DNA of 64,000 bases. Origin: Pseudomonadota bacterium. GTDB lineage: Bacteria; Pseudomonadota; Gammaproteobacteria; Burkholderiales; Burkholderiaceae_C. The notes below the pieces were generated by a model. The model had not been told where the DNA came from, searched no databases, and saw only the letters and a list, made by a program, of their open reading frames with translations. The stretch lies in the NCBI GenBank assembly GCA_046049865.1, contig JBJOQO010000006.1:521-64520 (forward strand). The letters are read 5' to 3'. Position numbers and translations under genes: made by a program. Of this stretch, positions 41,112 to 52,067 are shown in pieces (position 1 is the stretch's first letter; each line of letters begins with the position of its first letter).

Positions 41112-41872
41112 GCACGCAGCCTCCCAGCCCCACACTGTTGCCCGAACCCATTGCGCAGCTCTGGGTCTACCTGGGGACCAGCCCCTTGCTGTGGTTGGCG
41201 CTGACGGTGTGGGCCTATTTGCTGGCCGTGCGCTTGCAGCGCGCGTGCAAGGGCAGCGCCTGGGCCAATCCGGTGATGTTGGCAGTGGCCATGCTGGTCA
41301 CGGTGTTGGCTGTCAGTGGCACGCCCTACCCCACTTACTTTCAGGGTGCGCAGTTTGTGCACTTCCTGCTGGGGACCGCCACCGTGGCGCTGGCCATTCC
41401 GCTGCGTCGGCAATGGAGCCAGGTACGTGTCGTGCTCACACCCTTGATGGGCGCCGTGCTGCTCGGCAATGTGGTGGGCGCCTGCGTCGCCATGGCGGTG
41501 CTCAAACTGTGGGGCGCGCCTATGCATTTGCTGATGTCCATTGCCCCGAAGTCGGTGACGGCGCCCGTGGCCATGGGTATCTCAGAAAAAATCGGCGGCT
41601 TGCCCGCACTCACAGCGGTGCTGGTCATCCTCACCGGCATCTTGGGTGCCACTTTAGCCACCCCCTTGCTCGCCGCACTGCGTTTGCACAACGACGCTGC
41701 ACGCGGTTTGGCCCTGGGCGTGGCTGCACACGGCATCGGCACAGCCCGGGCATTTCAACTGGGTGAAACGGCGGGCACATTTGCCGGGGTGGGCATGGCG
41801 CTGAGCACCTTGGTGGCGTCGCTGCTGGTGCCGCTGATGGCGACGTTGTTCGCACGCTTGACCGGCGTTTGA
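41108..41872 (+). CDS. lrgB: LrgB family protein
   Basis: ATG 41108 forms an ATGA overlap with lrgA. Polytopic. ...SIAPKSVTAPVAMGISEKIGG... is typical of LrgB. Confidence 0.82.
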   Translation: MSTQPPSPTLLPEPIAQLWVYLGTSPLLWLALTVWAYLLAVRLQRACKGSAWANPVMLAVAMLVTVLAVSGTPYPTYFQGAQFVHFLLGTATVALAIPLRRQWSQVRVVLTPLMGAVLLGNVVGACVAMAVLKLWGAPMHLLMSIAPKSVTAPVAMGISEKIGGLPALTAVLVILTGILGATLATPLLAALRLHNDAARGLALGVAAHGIGTARAFQLGETAGTFAGVGMALSTLVASLLVPLMATLFARLTGV

Positions 41873-41958
41873 TCACAGCCCCGCAGACGCAAGACCCCTG
41901 GTCAGCGCTGCTGGATTGAGCGTGTCAAACTCTGCTGCACCCCACAGAAACACCCTCC

Positions 41959-43200
41959 ATGCCCCTCACACCCCAACTGCAACCGCACCAAGAGCGCCCC
42001 CTGCTGTGGTGCCTGGCCGCCATCCAGTTCACCCACATCGTGGACTTCATGGTGATGATGCCGCTGGGGCCTTTGTTCATCGACCTCTTTCACATCAGCG
42101 ACGCGCAGTTTGGTTTGCTCGTGGCGTCTTACACCCTGTCTTCCGGTGTGTTTGGTTTGTTGATGTCGCCCTATGTGGACCGCTTCGACCGCAAACGGTT
42201 GTTGCTGGTGGCTTACGCGGGTTTCATCCTGGCGACCCTGGCGTGCGCCCTCGCGCCGACTTACGCGGTGCTGATGGCAGCGCGTATTGCAGCGGGTGCT
42301 TTCGGTGGCCTCATCGGCGCCATGACGCAAACCCTGGTGGGCGACTTGATTCCCTTTGAGCGGCGCGGCCGGGCCATGGGAATGATCATGGCAGCGTTCT
42401 CGCTGTCCACGGTAGGCGGTGTGCCTGCATCTTTGTGGATGGCCAATCACTGGGGCTGGCACTTGCCCTTCTTCGCGATTGCGGCGCTGTCGGTGTTGAT
42501 CTGGTTGGTCGCAGCGCGTTTCGTGCCCAGTTTTAAGCCGCCCACGGCGCAGGGGGGTGCCCTGTCGGCTTGGGGCCAGTTGCGCGCGGGTTTGGCTGAA
42601 CCCAACCACTGGCGCGCTTTCGCATTGGCCGTGGTCATGATGGGAACCAGCTTCTGCATCATCCCGTACATCACCGTGTTCAGCACCGCCAATGTCGGCG
42701 TGACGAACGCGCAGTTGCCGTGGATCTACCTCACCGGCGGCATCGCCACTTTATTCACCGCCAGGTTGTGGGGCGTGCTGGCCGATCGCCACGGCAAGGT
42801 GCGGGTATTGCGTGCGCTAGCCCTGGCGGCCGCAGTGCCCATGTTGGTGCTGACGCATTTGGGGCCGACCTCATTGCCGATCTACTTGTGCGTCACCACA
42901 GCATTCTTTGTTTTTGTGTCGGGCCGCATGGTGCCCGCCATGGCCTTGGTGACCGGTGCTGCACAACCGCATCTGCGCGGCACCTTCATGACGCTGCAAG
43001 GCTGTGTGCAATCGCTCAGCATGGGTGCGGCGGCTTTGGTTGGCGGCCTCTTCATGGGACGCGATGCCAACGGTTTGGTCACTGGTTTTGGCTGGAATGG
43101 CTGGATGGCAGTGGTGTTGAGTCTTCTGACCTTCTGGCTGGCGGGCCGAGTTCGTTTGGCGACCGTGCCGACAGCACCTGTGAGAGCGGCCGCAATCTGA
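41959..43200 (+). CDS. MFS transporter
   Basis: 413 aa, about 12 TM segments, with a motif A-like YVDRFDRKRLLLV. Confidence 0.85.
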   Translation: MPLTPQLQPHQERPLLWCLAAIQFTHIVDFMVMMPLGPLFIDLFHISDAQFGLLVASYTLSSGVFGLLMSPYVDRFDRKRLLLVAYAGFILATLACALAPTYAVLMAARIAAGAFGGLIGAMTQTLVGDLIPFERRGRAMGMIMAAFSLSTVGGVPASLWMANHWGWHLPFFAIAALSVLIWLVAARFVPSFKPPTAQGGALSAWGQLRAGLAEPNHWRAFALAVVMMGTSFCIIPYITVFSTANVGVTNAQLPWIYLTGGIATLFTARLWGVLADRHGKVRVLRALALAAAVPMLVLTHLGPTSLPIYLCVTTAFFVFVSGRMVPAMALVTGAAQPHLRGTFMTLQGCVQSLSMGAAALVGGLFMGRDANGLVTGFGWNGWMAVVLSLLTFWLAGRVRLATVPTAPVRAAAI

Positions 43201-43226
43201 GCGAGCTATGAACAGACAACAGCCAT

Positions 43227-43257
43227 AAAAAAGGGCCGCTACAGCGGCCCTTTTTTT
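43227..43257. terminator. bidirectional intrinsic terminator (MFS gene / DEAD-box helicase gene)
   Basis: AAAAAA GGGCCGC (43233-43239) TACA GCGGCCC (43244-43250) TTTTTTT, between convergent genes. Confidence 0.85.
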
Positions 43258-43274
43258 AACAAACAACGTCCAGA

Positions 43275-44912
43275 TCAGCGGTCAAACCCACCTTGGCGCG
43301 GACGCTGGGGCTTGAACGGGCCCCCTTTGCCTGCGGGGCGCGGTGCGCCGCCGGGGCCGCTGGCTTTGCGGGGCGCAAAAGCGGGGGCGCCTGCAGGGCG
43401 GTGACCGGGTGCGCGGTCAAAGGCTTTGCGTGGAGCGGCGTTGTCAAACGCGGGACGGTTGGGCACAAAGCTGCCTTCGCTGCGTTTGGTGAAGGGGGTT
43501 TCACGGCCTGGGTGCACATCACGCGGTGCGGCATCACGGCGGGGTGCAAATCCATCGTCCCGACGGGGTGCGAACCCCTCATGGCGGCCGTGGCCAAAAC
43601 CACCTTCATCGCGGCGTGGCGCAAACGGCTTTTTGAAGCCACCGCCAAAACCACCTCGGCTCGGGCCGTTGTTGAACGAGGGCTTGCCGCGTGGACGGTC
43701 TACAAACTCGCCCGACGGACGACCGGCGTGAATACGTGGCTCCGGTGCTTTGGGCTCCAGGCCTTCGATCGCAGACGCTGGAATGGTCTGGGTGGTGAAC
43801 TGCTGGATGCGGCGAATCATGCCCACGTCCATGCGTTCGGCCAGGGTCACGGCCAAACCATTGCGACCGGCACGGCCCGTGCGGCCAATGCGGTGCACAT
43901 AGTCTTCGGCCTTCATGGGCAGGCCGTAGTTGATCACGTGGCTGATGGTGGGCACGTCAATGCCGCGTGCGGCGACGTCGGTGGCCACGAGCACACGCAA
44001 CTGGCGGTTGCGCAGGCCTTGCAACACACGGTTGCGACGGCCTTGCGGCATGCCACCGTGCAGGGCGGCGGCGCTGTGGCCCATGTCGGCCAAGCGGTCG
44101 GCCAGCATGTCGGCGTCGCGCTGGGTGCTGGTGAAGACCACGGCTTGTTCCATGTCCTTCTGGGTCAGAATGTGGTCCAGCAAGGCATTTTTATGGTGGT
44201 GGTTGTCGGCCCAGTGCAGGCGCTGCTCAATGTTTTCGTGGGTGTCGGTGTGCGAGGCCACATCGATGCGTTTCGGGTCGCGCAACAAATTGCGGGCCAG
44301 GTTGCCGACATTGCCAGCAAACGTGGCGCTGAACATCACCGTTTGACGCGTGGCGGGAATACGGTCAGCAATGGTTTGGATGTCGTCGATGAAACCCATG
44401 TCCAGCATGCGGTCGGCTTCGTCGAGCACCAACATTTGCACGTTGTCGAGCACAGCACGGCCCGACTGCAGGTGGTCGAGCAAACGGCCTGGGGTGGAAA
44501 TCAGAATGTCCAGCGGGCCCATGAGCGCTTTGATCTGCGCGGGGTAAGGCACACCGCCGACAACGGTTGCAACGCGCAGGCCTTGCACATGGCGGCCATA
44601 CATCGTGGCGGCTTTGGCCACTTGCATGGCAAGTTCACGCGTGGGGCACAGCACCAGCACGCGAGGGCCGTAGACCTTGCCTTTTTCACGGCGGGTATTG
44701 TTGTCACCACGCGCCGCCAAGATGCCTTGCAATGCAGGCAAGATGAAGGCAGCGGTTTTGCCGCTGCCCGTGCTGGCCGAGACCATGAGGTCGGCGCCGG
44801 CCAAACCCGCAGGAACGGCTTGGGCTTGCACTTCGGTGGCGGTTTCGTAGCCAGATTCGGCAACGGCTTTCAAGAGGGCGTCATGCAGCCCGAGGGTTTG
44901 GAAACTCATCAA
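43275..44912 (-). CDS. DEAD-box ATP-dependent RNA helicase (RhlE-like)
   Basis: Motifs ASTGSGKTAAF, PTRELA, LDEADRM, SAT, HRIGRTGRAG. Arg/Gly-rich C-terminal tail with reiterated GFAPRRD units. Confidence 0.93.
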   Translation of the reverse strand: MMSFQTLGLHDALLKAVAESGYETATEVQAQAVPAGLAGADLMVSASTGSGKTAAFILPALQGILAARGDNNTRREKGKVYGPRVLVLCPTRELAMQVAKAATMYGRHVQGLRVATVVGGVPYPAQIKALMGPLDILISTPGRLLDHLQSGRAVLDNVQMLVLDEADRMLDMGFIDDIQTIADRIPATRQTVMFSATFAGNVGNLARNLLRDPKRIDVASHTDTHENIEQRLHWADNHHHKNALLDHILTQKDMEQAVVFTSTQRDADMLADRLADMGHSAAALHGGMPQGRRNRVLQGLRNRQLRVLVATDVAARGIDVPTISHVINYGLPMKAEDYVHRIGRTGRAGRNGLAVTLAERMDVGMIRRIQQFTTQTIPASAIEGLEPKAPEPRIHAGRPSGEFVDRPRGKPSFNNGPSRGGFGGGFKKPFAPRRDEGGFGHGRHEGFAPRRDDGFAPRRDAAPRDVHPGRETPFTKRSEGSFVPNRPAFDNAAPRKAFDRAPGHRPAGAPAFAPRKASGPGGAPRPAGKGGPFKPQRPRQGGFDR

Positions 44913-45454
44913 GTTCTTTCAAAAAAAAACAGCACGCCCCTGGCCTGCGCAGCTCACTACAGAGCACGCAAACCAAAGTCATGCTCGACCGGCCTCGTTA
45001 TTCAAAGAACGAGGCTTGTGGCCAAGAGGTATCGCCAGAGAAAGATTCGACCCCACGGGGCCCGAGCCAGGTGGCCAAGGGCAAGAGATGGAATGCCGAG
45101 AACAGTCAAAGCGACGGCATCGCCGCCAACCATTCCCGCATGCTGAATCTCAAGGTGAGAACAGCGTGGGTATCAAAACAGCCACACCTTTTGCTGCGCG
45201 TTGACGAACAACAGCAGCGCGGTGGGAGACTCGATGAGGTCAGAGGGGATGAACGAAACGTTGCGATTTTTTAGATCAAAACAGCAACGGAGCTGGCATT
45301 GTAGGCGAGTTCGGGTTTTTACGGGGGATTTTTTAAGGACGCTTACATGGATGCACCCATGAAAGCATCCTTGAGGAGGCAAAAGGCAACCCCCTTCCTC
45401 CTCATCGGAGGTTAATCAGCGTATGTTGGTGACGCGTTGAAAATCCCCGGCACA

Positions 45455-46825
45455 TCAGACGGACGAGTGTGGATGCGCATGTTTTGCGAGGCCCCCTTTC
45501 GCCGACATTGTTGGCCTCGCGCGATTGGAATCCCTGTCACCAAAAACCCGTTTGTGCAGCCGCCGCAACGACCACCACACCGCCCCAGCCACCAGTGGAA
45601 TCGCCACGGCAGACGTGGCCTCAGAACTCCAGGGCCAGCCCCAATAGGAGGCACCTTTGGCCAGGTAGCTCACCAAACCCACGATGTAGTAGGTGATGGC
45701 GGCGACGGACAAACCTTCCACCGTGGCCTGCAGTTTCAGCTGCAGGTCCTGGCGGCTGTTCATGGCGGTCAAGAGGGCTTGGCTGCTTTGCTGCTGCTCG
45801 ATTTCTACCCGGGTGCGCAACAAGTTGCTGATGCGCGAGACCCGTTGCGACAACGAGTCCTGCCGTCGGCTGGACCACTCGCAGGTGCTGCGCACAGGGC
45901 TCAAACGGCGGTCCATGAACTCGCGTATGGTTTGCATGGTGCCTATGGGCGTCTCGCCCAAACTGGCAATGCGTTTGTCAATCAACTCAAAATAAGCCGC
46001 GCTGGCGGAGAAGCGCGAGTGCGTGGCCGCATGTTGACTCTCCACCTGCCCGGCCAAGCGGGTCAGCCTGTCCAGCAGCAAAGGCTCTTCGTCACGAATG
46101 GCCGAGCTGATGGCACCGGCCAGTTCGGCCAGTTCGCGCTCGGCAGACGCCAGCACCGCAGACGCATCACGCGCCGCAGGCAGCCCCAGCAGCGCCGCCA
46201 TGCGGTAGGTTTCGATTTCAAGCAGACTTTGAACCAAGCGGCCCAGACGCCGGGGACTCATCTCCCTCACCAGCAACACCGAGCGTGAAAACCCGTCGGC
46301 ATGCACCGCAAAATCGGTGTACACATCTGCGGACTCGTCCACGACGCTGGAAGCGACCAGGGTATCTTCGTTCAATACTTTGCGTATCCACGGCCCGCTG
46401 TCCCTCAAGGCAGCGGCCAAGGCCCACACATGCATGCTGCACAGACACCTCCCGGGCAACTCTTCAAACCATTGCTGCGGCACAAAATCCACGGCCAGGT
46501 CAGGCTCGCGGTCAGGCAAAGATGTCAACGTCAGGGGATGCAAGAAAGTCCAGGTCACAAACTCGGTGTGCAGCTCCCAGCGCAGGCGAAATGCACCAAA
46601 GTCCATGCGCACATGCGTCGAGTCTGCATCGAGATGGGGCATGTGATGGTCGCGGGCCAACTGCGCCAAATGCGCGCGGCTTGCATCCCGCTCTGCCGCG
46701 TCACACGCCATGACGACATGGGAAATACTCAAAGGCACGCCCATGGGTTCGGGCGGGCGGGCATGCACCTCGTTGTGCAAGGCAATGCGCTGTGGGTGTT
46801 GTGGCAAGTGGAGATGTGATTTCAT
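45455..46825 (-). CDS. DUF3422 family membrane-anchored protein
   Basis: Start re-set to ATG 46825 (MKSHLHLPQHPQRIALHNEVHARPPEP). A long soluble region, then two C-terminal TM segments (VAAITYYIVGLVSYL; AIPLVAGAVWWSL). Family assignment is from memory. Confidence 0.55.
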   Translation of the reverse strand: MKSHLHLPQHPQRIALHNEVHARPPEPMGVPLSISHVVMACDAAERDASRAHLAQLARDHHMPHLDADSTHVRMDFGAFRLRWELHTEFVTWTFLHPLTLTSLPDREPDLAVDFVPQQWFEELPGRCLCSMHVWALAAALRDSGPWIRKVLNEDTLVASSVVDESADVYTDFAVHADGFSRSVLLVREMSPRRLGRLVQSLLEIETYRMAALLGLPAARDASAVLASAERELAELAGAISSAIRDEEPLLLDRLTRLAGQVESQHAATHSRFSASAAYFELIDKRIASLGETPIGTMQTIREFMDRRLSPVRSTCEWSSRRQDSLSQRVSRISNLLRTRVEIEQQQSSQALLTAMNSRQDLQLKLQATVEGLSVAAITYYIVGLVSYLAKGASYWGWPWSSEATSAVAIPLVAGAVWWSLRRLHKRVFGDRDSNRARPTMSAKGGLAKHAHPHSSV

Positions 46826-46990
46826 TGGCAGCAGCGTACCGCATTGAAGTTTCAACAGTGGCAGAGCAAGCAAAATTTGCGCCTACTCATAGGTGGAAAC
46901 AATTTTTGCTTGATGGGCTGACGCCTGCAAGCGCACAGCGCATTCTCGGAGTACAGGAGGCGAGGCTTGGTAGCTCCGAACGTTCAGCGC

Positions 46991-47887
46991 CTACCGAGCG
47001 TTTCCTGTCAGGTAGGTCTTACCGAGTGCAACCATTCCTGAATTTCTAGAAACAAGCTTCTCTCGAACATCGTCCCAATCCAGGAACAGCGGCAAGGACT
47101 CCTGCTGACCGTCGGGGTCGAACCTGAATGCAGTGAGTCCGATAGTTGCTCCGTCGTTCTCCTTCTCGTACCTGGAGATTTGGGCATCTACCAGTTGCCG
47201 CGACCTCGAGACACGATCGGCAACATGCCTACGCACAAGCATGTGGAGGTTGCCTATGCATTGCATGTACTCGCGCATTGCAAGCGTCAGCACAACTTCC
47301 GCAGGCATTTCGTCAAGAATCTTCTTCTTGAATCCGCCATCCATTGCTAGGTAACGTCGCTCAGCGAATGGTTGAACTGAAATCTCCATGGCTCGCTCAC
47401 CACCTTCGCCGATCCATTTACGGACATGCCTCATGCGATGAACCGCGAGCCCGCAGTGCTGAACATGATTGCGCAGCGCGTCCAAAAAGCGGTAACTAAA
47501 AAATCCGTCGTAATGCTCACTGGTACGCAACTTGAACTCATGTCGAGCCCTATCTGGATATTCAGCGCAATCTGCTAAGCGCTGTGGAGCTTGATCCAGG
47601 TAGAGCCGCGTTGTGGTGAGCAAGTTGACCACGCGCCGATTGATCGTAGAGCGAAGCTCGAATAGATCTTGATATTCGTTGATATCTCGAACTGCGGCGC
47701 GAGCTGCAGCGGAGAGCAATTCCTCCTCGACCTCGACGTAGTTGCCGATAAGCAAGTCATACGATTCCTCCAGAGCAAAAGCTGCCGCAAGCACGATCCT
47801 AGCTTCCGCGAGCTCTTTAAACTGCTCTTCCGTAATAGGCAATTCAGGTGCATTGCCGATGATGTTCTTTCGAATGTATGGGGTCAT
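46991..47887 (-). CDS. hypothetical protein with a HEPN-like RNxxxH motif
   Basis: ATG 47887 (MTPYIRK) is preferred to the track's TTG 47896. Helical N-terminal half ending in FFSYRFLDALRNHVQHCGL; R-N-H-V-Q-H is encoded at 47456-47473. Looks A/T-rich. I recognise no other family features. Confidence 0.5.
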   Translation of the reverse strand: MTPYIRKNIIGNAPELPITEEQFKELAEARIVLAAAFALEESYDLLIGNYVEVEEELLSAAARAAVRDINEYQDLFELRSTINRRVVNLLTTTRLYLDQAPQRLADCAEYPDRARHEFKLRTSEHYDGFFSYRFLDALRNHVQHCGLAVHRMRHVRKWIGEGGERAMEISVQPFAERRYLAMDGGFKKKILDEMPAEVVLTLAMREYMQCIGNLHMLVRRHVADRVSRSRQLVDAQISRYEKENDGATIGLTAFRFDPDGQQESLPLFLDWDDVREKLVSRNSGMVALGKTYLTGNAR

Positions 47888-47993
47888 GACGTCCAACGTT
47901 TGACACTAACGGCTCTGGCCAGCATGCTCGAGAAATATGAGACAAGCCTTTTCTATCGCTCCCACTCCTCCTGCCCGCACCGACACCCCACCC

Positions 47994-48551
47994 TCACTTC
48001 GCCAAAAAATGCTCCCGGTAATAAACCAGCTCATCGATCGACTCTTGAATGTCCGCCAGCGCCGTGTGCGCCTGCGCCTTCTTGAAACCCGCGAGGATGT
48101 CCGGCTTCCAGCGTTTGGCCAGTTCTTTGAGCGTGCTCACATCCAGGTTCCGGTAGTGGAAGAAGTCCTCCAACTTGGGCATGGTTTTGGCGAGGAAGCG
48201 GCGGTCTTGGCAAATGCTGTTGCCGCACATGGGTGACTTGCCAGCGGGCACATAGGTTTTCAGGAATTCGATCACCTGCTCCTGCGCGGACTCTTCGTTC
48301 ACGGTGGAGGCTTTGACGCGGTCGATCAGCCCGCTTTTGCCGTGGGTGCCTTTGTTCCAGGCGTCCATCGCATCCAAAGTGGCATCGCTCTGGTGAATGG
48401 CGAACACCGGGCCTTCGACGCGCACTTGCAGTTGGGGGTCGGTCACCACCACGGCAATTTCAATGATGCGATCGGTCTCGGGATAGAGGCCGGTCATTTC
48501 CAGGTCGATCCAAATGAGGTTGTCGTCGCTGCGCGCCAAGGGGGTGGTCAT
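47994..48551 (-). CDS. orn: oligoribonuclease
   Basis: DEDDh exonuclease: [12 protein letters not shown], ...[12 protein letters not shown]..., [11 protein letters not shown]. Confidence 0.95.
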   Translation of the reverse strand: MTTPLARSDDNLIWIDLEMTGLYPETDRIIEIAVVVTDPQLQVRVEGPVFAIHQSDATLDAMDAWNKGTHGKSGLIDRVKASTVNEESAQEQVIEFLKTYVPAGKSPMCGNSICQDRRFLAKTMPKLEDFFHYRNLDVSTLKELAKRWKPDILAGFKKAQAHTALADIQESIDELVYYREHFLAK

Positions 48552-48685
48552 AGGGGACTGCTTTCAATCAGGAAGTGCTTTTGGGAATGCGCATTGTCTC
48601 AGGGCGCAAGTTGCGGTGACTTCCCACGTCGCGGGTTGGCGTGGCGCGGGCTGTGAGCTCGCTACCTCACGCCAATCCCTCGCAT

Positions 48686-50236
48686 CTATACAGGCACCCA
48701 CAGGGTGGGCAGCCCTGGCAAGCCACGCAGGTGGCTGGCCAGGCTGCCGTCGAACACCAAGGTGGTCGCATGTTCCATGTCGGGGGCGAGGTAGCGGTCC
48801 GTCATCATCGATGGCACTTGCTGGCGCAGCAAAGCGTGCACGGCTTCGAGTGGCGCCGAGCTGCGCAGCGGACGCAGGAATTCGATGCCCTGCGCCGCGG
48901 CCAGCAACTCAATGCCTAGGATGCGGGCGGTGTTGTCGATCATGGCGTTCAGGCGGCGGGCGGCAAAGGTGGCCATCGACACATGGTCTTCCTGGTTGGC
49001 GCTGGTGGGCAGGCTGTCGACGCTGGCGGGATGGGCCAGCGATTTGTTTTCGGAGGCCAGCGACGCCGCAGTGACGTGGGCAATCATGAAGCCGCTGTTC
49101 AAACCCGCGTCGCTCGACAGGAAAGGCGGCAGCTTGGACACGCCGCTGTCGATCAGCATCGCGATGCGGCGTTCTGCGATGGCCCCCACCTCGGCAATGG
49201 CCACGGCCATGGCATCGGCGGCGAGCGCCACCGGTTCGGCGTGGAAGTTGCCGCCGGAGACGAGTTCACCCGCTGCACCATTCAAGCCCGTGAACACCAG
49301 CGGGTTGTCGGTGACGGCATTGGCCTCGATGAGCAACACCTTGGCGGCGTGGCGCAGTTGGTCGAGGCAGGCACCCACCACCTGGGGCTGGCAGCGCAGG
49401 CAGTAGGGGTCCTGCACGCGGTCGTCGCCATCCAGGTGAGAGCGGCGGATCTCGCTGCCCGCCAGCAAGGCACGGTAGTACTGCGCCACGTCGATCTGCC
49501 CTGGCTGGCCGCGAAGCAGGTGGATGCGCGTATCGAAGGGGCCGTCGCTGCCGCGTGCGGCGTCCACCGTCAGTGCGCCCACCACCAGCGCAGCTTCGAG
49601 CACAGATTCGAAGCGCAGCAGTGCGTGCAATGCCAGGGCGGTCGAGGTCTGGGTGCCGTTGATCAGTGCGAGGCCTTCCTTCGCGGCCAACTTCAACGGC
49701 TGGATGCCCGCGGCCCGCAGCAAGGGCAAGGCGGGCCGGCGCTGCCCATCCACATTCATGTCGCCTTCGCCTAGCAGCGCCAGCGTCATGTGGGCCAGCG
49801 GCGCCAGGTCGCCCGACGCCCCGACCGAGCCTTGCGATGGCACCCAGGGCACCAGCCCGGCGTTGTGCACGGCCAGCAGCGTGTCCACCACCACCTGACG
49901 CACACCGGAGTGGCCGCGTGCCAGGCTCGCCGCTTTGAGTGCGAGCATCAAGCGCAGCACCGGTGCGGGCAAGGGCTCGCCCATGCCGACGCTGTGCGAG
50001 CGGATCAGGTTGAGCTGCAGCGTGTCGAGCTGTTCCTGGCTGATGCGCTGATTGGCCAGTTTGCCGAAACCGGTGTTGACGCCATAGACCGGCGCATCAC
50101 CCTGAGCCGCCTGCTGCACGACAGCGGCGCTGGCTTCGATGCCCGCGCGGGCGCTGTCGTCGAGCGTCAAGGGAGTGAGCGTTCGGTGGATGGCTTGCAG
50201 GTCGTCCAGGGTGAGGTGGCCGGGCAGGAGGTTCAT
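48686..50236 (-). CDS. hutH: histidine ammonia-lyase
   Basis: 516 aa. [15 protein letters not shown] contains the MIO-forming Ala-Ser-Gly. Confidence 0.95.
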   Translation of the reverse strand: MNLLPGHLTLDDLQAIHRTLTPLTLDDSARAGIEASAAVVQQAAQGDAPVYGVNTGFGKLANQRISQEQLDTLQLNLIRSHSVGMGEPLPAPVLRLMLALKAASLARGHSGVRQVVVDTLLAVHNAGLVPWVPSQGSVGASGDLAPLAHMTLALLGEGDMNVDGQRRPALPLLRAAGIQPLKLAAKEGLALINGTQTSTALALHALLRFESVLEAALVVGALTVDAARGSDGPFDTRIHLLRGQPGQIDVAQYYRALLAGSEIRRSHLDGDDRVQDPYCLRCQPQVVGACLDQLRHAAKVLLIEANAVTDNPLVFTGLNGAAGELVSGGNFHAEPVALAADAMAVAIAEVGAIAERRIAMLIDSGVSKLPPFLSSDAGLNSGFMIAHVTAASLASENKSLAHPASVDSLPTSANQEDHVSMATFAARRLNAMIDNTARILGIELLAAAQGIEFLRPLRSSAPLEAVHALLRQQVPSMMTDRYLAPDMEHATTLVFDGSLASHLRGLPGLPTLWVPV

Positions 50237-50324
50237 GGGTTGGTCTTTCTTGTTACTGTGGTTTGAAGGGTGGGTCAGGGTTCAAGCGTGGGTTGTTCCT
50301 GGATTGGGGGAAGGCTGACGGCCC

Positions 50325-52013
50325 TCACCCCACCATCGGCAAATTCAAGCCTTGCTCCCGCGCACAAGCCACCGCTTCTTCATAGCCCGCATCGGCATGC
50401 CGCATCACGCCGGTGCCCGGGTCGTTCCACAACACGCGCTCAATGCGACGATCCGCTTCGACCGTGCCATCGCAGACGATGACCACACCGGAATGTTGCG
50501 AGTAGCCCATGCCGACGCCACCGCCGTGGTGCAGCGACACCCAGGTGGCGCCGCCTGCGGTGTTGAGCAAGGCGTTGAGCAGCGGCCAGTCGGAAACAGC
50601 GTCGGAGCCGTCCTTCATGGCCTCGGTTTCGCGGTTGGGCGATGCGACCGAACCAGAGTCGAGGTGATCGCGACCAATGACGATGGGTGCCTTCAACTCA
50701 CCCGTGCGCACCATCTCATTGAAAGCCAGGCCGGCGCGGTGGCGCTCGCCCAGGCCTATCCAGCAGATGCGCGCCGGCAGGCCCTGGAAGGCAATGCGCT
50801 CGCCGGCCATGTCGAGCCAGCGGTGCAGGTGGGCGTCCTCGGGAAAAAGCTGCTTCATCTTCGCATCGGTCTTGCGGATGTCTTCAGGGTCACCACTGAG
50901 CGCCACCCAGCGGAACGGGCCCTTGCCACGGCAGAACAGCGGGCGCACATAAGCCGGCACGAAACCGGGGAAGGCAAAGGCGTTGTCCACGCCCTGGTCC
51001 TTGGCCACCTGGCGGATGTTGTTGCCATAGTCCACCGTGGGAATGCCCAGAGCCTGCAAACCCAGCATGGCCTGAACGTGGGCGGCGCAGCCTTTGGCGG
51101 CGGCGACGCGTAAGGCGGCGTGCTGTGCCGGATCTTGCTGGGCCGCGTGCCATTGCGCCACAGTCCAGCCCGCAGGCAGGTAGCCATGGACCAGGTCGTG
51201 GGCGGAGGTCTGGTCCGTCACCAGATCAGGACGGATGCCGCCTGCCTGCGCACGGCGCAGGATCTCGGGCAGGATCTCCGCGGCATTGCCCAGCAAGGCC
51301 ACCGAGATGGCCCGCTGTTCTTGGGCGTAGCGCTGCATGCGTGCCAGCGCATCGTCCAGGTCGCTCGCTTGTTCATCCACGTAGCGGGTTTTCAGTCGGA
51401 AGTCGATGCGGGACTGCTGGCACTCGATGGTCAATGACGATGCACCGGAAAAACTGGCGGCCAAAGGCTGAGCGCCACCCATGCCACCCAAGCCCGCGGT
51501 GAGAATCCAACGCCCGGCCATGCTTCCTGCGAAATGTTGCTTGGCGGCCTCCACAAAAGTCTCGTAGGTGCCTTGCACGATGCCCTGGCTGCCGATGTAG
51601 ATCCACGAGCCTGCCGTCATCTGGCCGTACATCATCAAGCCCTTGCGGTCGAGTTCGTCGAAATGCTCCCAGGTGGCCCATTTGGGCACCAGGTTGGAGT
51701 TGGCGATCAGCACGCGTGGGGCGTCCGCATGGGTGCGGAAAACCCCCACCGGTTTGCCCGATTGCACCAGCAGCGTCTCGTCTTCCTTCAGGTTACGCAG
51801 GCTTTGCAGGATGGCCTCGAAGCAGTCCCAATTGCGTGCCGCCTTTCCGATGCCGCCGTAGACCACCAGGGCCTGCGGGTTCTCGGCCACTTCGGGGTCC
51901 AGGTTGTTCTGCAACATGCGGTAAGCGGCTTCGATCAGCCAGTTGCGGCAGCTCAGTTCGGTGCCACGCGGGGCTCGCACGGTGCGGGGTTGGGCGGATG
52001 GGGAGGTGGTCAT
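50325..52013 (-). CDS. hutU: urocanate hydratase
   Basis: Start re-set to ATG 52013 ([25 protein letters not shown]). Urocanase-length protein lying upstream of hutH. Confidence 0.94.
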   Translation of the reverse strand: MTTSPSAQPRTVRAPRGTELSCRNWLIEAAYRMLQNNLDPEVAENPQALVVYGGIGKAARNWDCFEAILQSLRNLKEDETLLVQSGKPVGVFRTHADAPRVLIANSNLVPKWATWEHFDELDRKGLMMYGQMTAGSWIYIGSQGIVQGTYETFVEAAKQHFAGSMAGRWILTAGLGGMGGAQPLAASFSGASSLTIECQQSRIDFRLKTRYVDEQASDLDDALARMQRYAQEQRAISVALLGNAAEILPEILRRAQAGGIRPDLVTDQTSAHDLVHGYLPAGWTVAQWHAAQQDPAQHAALRVAAAKGCAAHVQAMLGLQALGIPTVDYGNNIRQVAKDQGVDNAFAFPGFVPAYVRPLFCRGKGPFRWVALSGDPEDIRKTDAKMKQLFPEDAHLHRWLDMAGERIAFQGLPARICWIGLGERHRAGLAFNEMVRTGELKAPIVIGRDHLDSGSVASPNRETEAMKDGSDAVSDWPLLNALLNTAGGATWVSLHHGGGVGMGYSQHSGVVIVCDGTVEADRRIERVLWNDPGTGVMRHADAGYEEAVACAREQGLNLPMVG

Positions 52014-52067
52014 GGTCTTCTCACTGGCAGTTGAAGGGTGATCTGAGCTTCGGCCTGTTTTCATCCG

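Noticed and set aside
43293-45146. 617-aa plus-strand ORF opposite the DEAD-box helicase
   Set aside because: Antisense to a gene that has every helicase motif in order. It has the typical high-GC shadow-ORF composition.
45173-45382. Short ORFs (44981-45274, 45016-45204, 45173-45382) in the helicase upstream tract
   Set aside because: They overlap one another, start at weak codons, and have odd composition (Cys- or Arg-rich) with no RBS. I treat the tract as non-coding.
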